A DNA stretch of 64,000 nt from Lepidodermella squamata (lineage: Eukaryota; Animalia; Gastrotricha), in NCBI GenBank assembly GCA_047495785.1, contig JBLDXI010000009.1, forward strand, positions 5,084,001 through 5,148,000, written 5' to 3'. Both the position numbers and the translations under genes were made by a program. Positions 60,739-64,000 of this stretch are shown piece after piece; the stretch's first letter is position 1; each line of letters starts with the position of its first letter. The notes beneath the pieces were generated by a model that saw nothing but the letters and a program-made list of their open reading frames with translations, did no database searches and was not told where the DNA came from.

Positions 60739-63700
60739 TTAGGCAATAGAGGAATAGCCAGACTCAGCCGATCGTTGAGAGCCAGCCGAAGAACCCGTCG
60801 CCCCTGGTTGCTTCAGATTGCTCGAATTTCCGCTGCTCGAAGTTGATTTCGCAACATTCTGACCCTGGTTCGAATTCGAGCTGGACCCGCTCGACGACGG
60901 CCGATCAATCAACAATTTCGACCCATTCAACCCGTTATTGACCACGAGATCAGGCGAAGATTCTCGATATTGGTGTTGCAGTAGCGAAAACCCACTCGGG
61001 AGACTCAAATTCAGCTGATTATTCACCAAATCTTGCTGCTGGTGGTCGAAAACCGCGTTCATCCGCCTTAATAGCCGGTGCAGATTCAAATAATCGGCGT
61101 GAACGACCAAAAGCTGCCCCACCAGCCGGCCAACCTCGTCCTGCCGCTCCTTCGCAACAAGTTCCAGCTGGTTCGACCTCGCCCGTTCTTCGGCTAACAA
61201 CCGCTCCTGCTCAGCCAATTTTCGCTCAAGGCTTCGAATTTCGACATTAACCAGCAACTGAGACTCGTCGTTAGTCGCTGAGGAAGATAACTTCGATTTC
61301 CGCAATCGATCGATTTCACCCGATAGTTCGATTTTCGATATCTCAAGGCTTTCAATCTCGTCCCTGGCTGATTTTTTACGGTCATTTGTTTCATTCAGCA
61401 GCAGTTGAAGGTCATTCAACCGTTTTTCGACCGTGGCAACTTCATTTAACAAGGTGTCTCGCCGCATCGAAAGAGCTGTTGTGTTTTCGATGAGGTCTTC
61501 AGCAAATCTTCGCTGTTGCTCCAATTCCTGCTGTTTCGCCATAGCTCGAGTGTCTAGGACTAACAGACCTTCTCGTAATGTATCATTTTGCCCCAGCAAT
61601 TGATCGCGTTCCATTTTAAGGTGGTCCAGATTCTGCCGGAGTTGCACGTTTTCGTTGTAGGCCGACTGGCTGTCGTCGAAAATCGCATCGCGTTGCTTCA
61701 AAATCGCATCGAACTCGCTACGAGCCGCCTCAATCGCTTGGTTCACCTGCCTCAGCTCTGAATTTCGCTCTTCCAGCCGCTTTTCTAGGTTCGACAGTTC
61801 GAATTTCGACTTAGAAAGCCTGTCTTCCACTGAATTCAACTCGTTTTTCGCGCTCTGACTTCGATTTACGATCAAATCCAGGCCCTTTCGATGCTGCTCA
61901 GCGGTTGATTGTAGCAAATCGAATTTCGCCTGTAACTCGCCGGTTTTCGCATTCAGATCGGACAATACTCGCCGGCCGTCGTTGATCAACTCGTCCAAAA
62001 CTGCGACTTCCTGCTGCTTCGAGGCTGTTTCAACGGCGAAAAGCTGCAACTGCTGCTCGTAATGACACGCATCGACCTTCAACTGCTCTTTCATCGCAAT
62101 CAGCTGGTTACATTCGTTCGAAACTCGCTGCAATTCGTCTTCCAAACCAGATTTTCGGTTTTCTAATTGACTGACTTGGTCACTTAGAATCGCTCGATTC
62201 GATGATAGGGCGTGAAGAGTTTCCTCAGCGGCATGGACTATTCCGGATAACGAGGCTAGTTCAGCTTCGACGGTTGGTGCTGAAGTTTCGGCACCACGAG
62301 ACCGGCTGTGACTTCGACTTGATCTTCGGCGATGAGATTCGGGCGATGATTCGCGTTTTTCTTCAATTTTCTGCTGTAGATTTTGCTGAAGTTGCGATAA
62401 CTGAGCGGCGTTCTGAAGTTGCTGCTGCTGCACCGTGGTCAGAAACGAGTGTTTAATCTCTTGAATTTCGTTTTTGAACTGCGAAAATCTGGAAAATTAA
62501 AAGAAAAATTAACGAAAAATCGGGATTTTAAGCACGAAATATAAAATAAATTTTGCCAAATTTCAGAAAGACTAATCACTTATCATGAAGGCTTTCACAG
62601 TCGCAGCTTTTTATCATCATAGTAGTCGATATTTTTCGAATTATTTAGATAAAAACTCACATTAATTCGAAATTTTTGTTGTGATCGACTTGTTGAACAG
62701 GCGGCTCTGGTCTCTTCTCCGGTTCAGTAGCCGCTTGCCTCAGCGATGACCGCCTTCTCGCCGCCCTGATTCGCCGTTCCTCCTCGGATTGCTCCTCGTC
62801 AGAAACCGAAACTTGGATCGATCGAGCCTTCATGTACGTCGTCTTCACGTTCGCTTGAACAGCGACTGGTTTCGCTATTTGAGGCGGTTCAGTGGCTAAA
62901 GCAACCGGTGGTTGGACCTGGTTTTGCGGTGGAATAGGCGGTTTCGACTCGACTACAGGTGGCGGAGCTACACAGCGATCGAGAAGTGAGCCGAATGCGT
63001 TCAACACGAAATTTTCGTGGGTGTCGAGGCGCCGATTCAGGCCGTTAAGGTGGGTTTTATAGGCGGTTGCTGCTGCGTCGAAGGAAACCGAGCACAGCTG
63101 GTGGCTGCAGTCGTTTTTATCTGGTGAGATGAAGCACATAGCGGTCAAACATCGGTCATCACAATAATTACTCATTTTAGTTTAAAAAAATTCTGATAAA
63201 TCAGGAAAAATTTTAAATTGAAAATGCAACAGAATTTCTCAAGTTAATGGCAATTTTACGCGATTTGACTGCTAAGAAATTTAGCAAAAAATAAACAATA
63301 AAATCTAAAAATAAATAATCTAATAATTTGAACCTCTTGTTGCGGAATGTCTCAGTCAAGTGTTTACAAAACGAATTATTAGAAAATTTCAGCGACCACT
63401 TCTTACCTTTTTTCGTAGCAGTAGCAGCCTTCGGCGTCGAAATGTATATAGCCGTGTGTGGGACTGATTTAGTCGAGTTATTGTTGCTATTGTTAACGGG
63501 CTGCGCGGGCTGCGGAAGTTTCTCGCCGACTTCCTTTTCCGGCTTCTTTTCGCCCGAGGTCACAACAACATCGCCGATTTGCTGGACAATGGCCGCTGGC
63601 TGGGGTGTTTCGACTTCAGCCGGCGGCTGCGGCTTGACACTAGGCGGTTTCGTAGAGTCAGCTAGGGCATCGAGTCGCGCCTTCAAAGTGTCGATTTCAG

Positions 63701-64000
63701 CCTTGTAATGCCCGGCTGTTTGTTCGGAATTGCTCAGGCGTGACAGCAACTGGCGCGTCAAGGCCTCGGAATCGTCGTGAAAATCGTCGCCAAGTTCCGA
63801 GGTCGAAGTCGCTGCGGCTAGCGACGAATGATTTTTGCTCGCCTAAACAAAAAATGAAAAGCAATTTAGCACTTAGTTAGAAAACACACACAGGAAGCAA
63901 CATTCTGATCTGATATGTTCTTATTTTTCGAAAAATCAAGGCTTTTTAAGCGTCGCAAGAAAAATACACCAATTTACCTTTGAAATTAAAAACATGTACC
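60739..64000 (-). CDS. Long coiled-coil protein, 3' part (5' end outside the window); family not recognised
   Basis: A ~1.75-kb terminal exon with heptad-rich E/L/Q/K sequence, plus Pro-rich upstream exons (62660-63120, 63405-63843) with splice signals. Confidence 0.75.

Overview
Eukaryotic (animal) DNA from a compact-genome invertebrate, with many ~45-65 nt GT-AG introns and a few long, repeat-containing introns. It is not prokaryotic and has no CRISPR array. Left part (1-34 kb): three divergent cadherin-like genes, an abLIM/UNC-115-like gene, TIPRL, a PAP2 lipid phosphatase, two tandem cytosolic aspartate aminotransferases, a LINE RT fragment, SWI5, PP2A B55, BAP31 and MDH1B. Middle (35-57.6 kb): a duplication-rich island with three short Cdc25 phosphatases, an inverted pair of astacin-EGF-CUB-kringle genes lacking all zinc ligands, four tRNAs plus a tRNA fragment, three-finger/Ly6-like secreted proteins, DM9 genes and several MITEs. 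Right end: RPL35 and a partial long coiled-coil gene. Most notable: (i) a TSD-flanked, Penelope-type insertion carrying a minimal hammerhead ribozyme and a perfect 85-bp inverted repeat in the last abLIM intron; (ii) catalytically dead astacins with an unrecognised C-terminal Cys-repeat domain; (iii) a GOT1 paralog lacking the specificity residue Arg292; (iv) Cdc25 copies lacking the regulatory domain; (v) very tight same-strand gene pairs with unpaired splice acceptors, suggesting operons resolved by trans-splicing. All gene models were spliced by eye, and family calls rest on motif recognition, not database searches.
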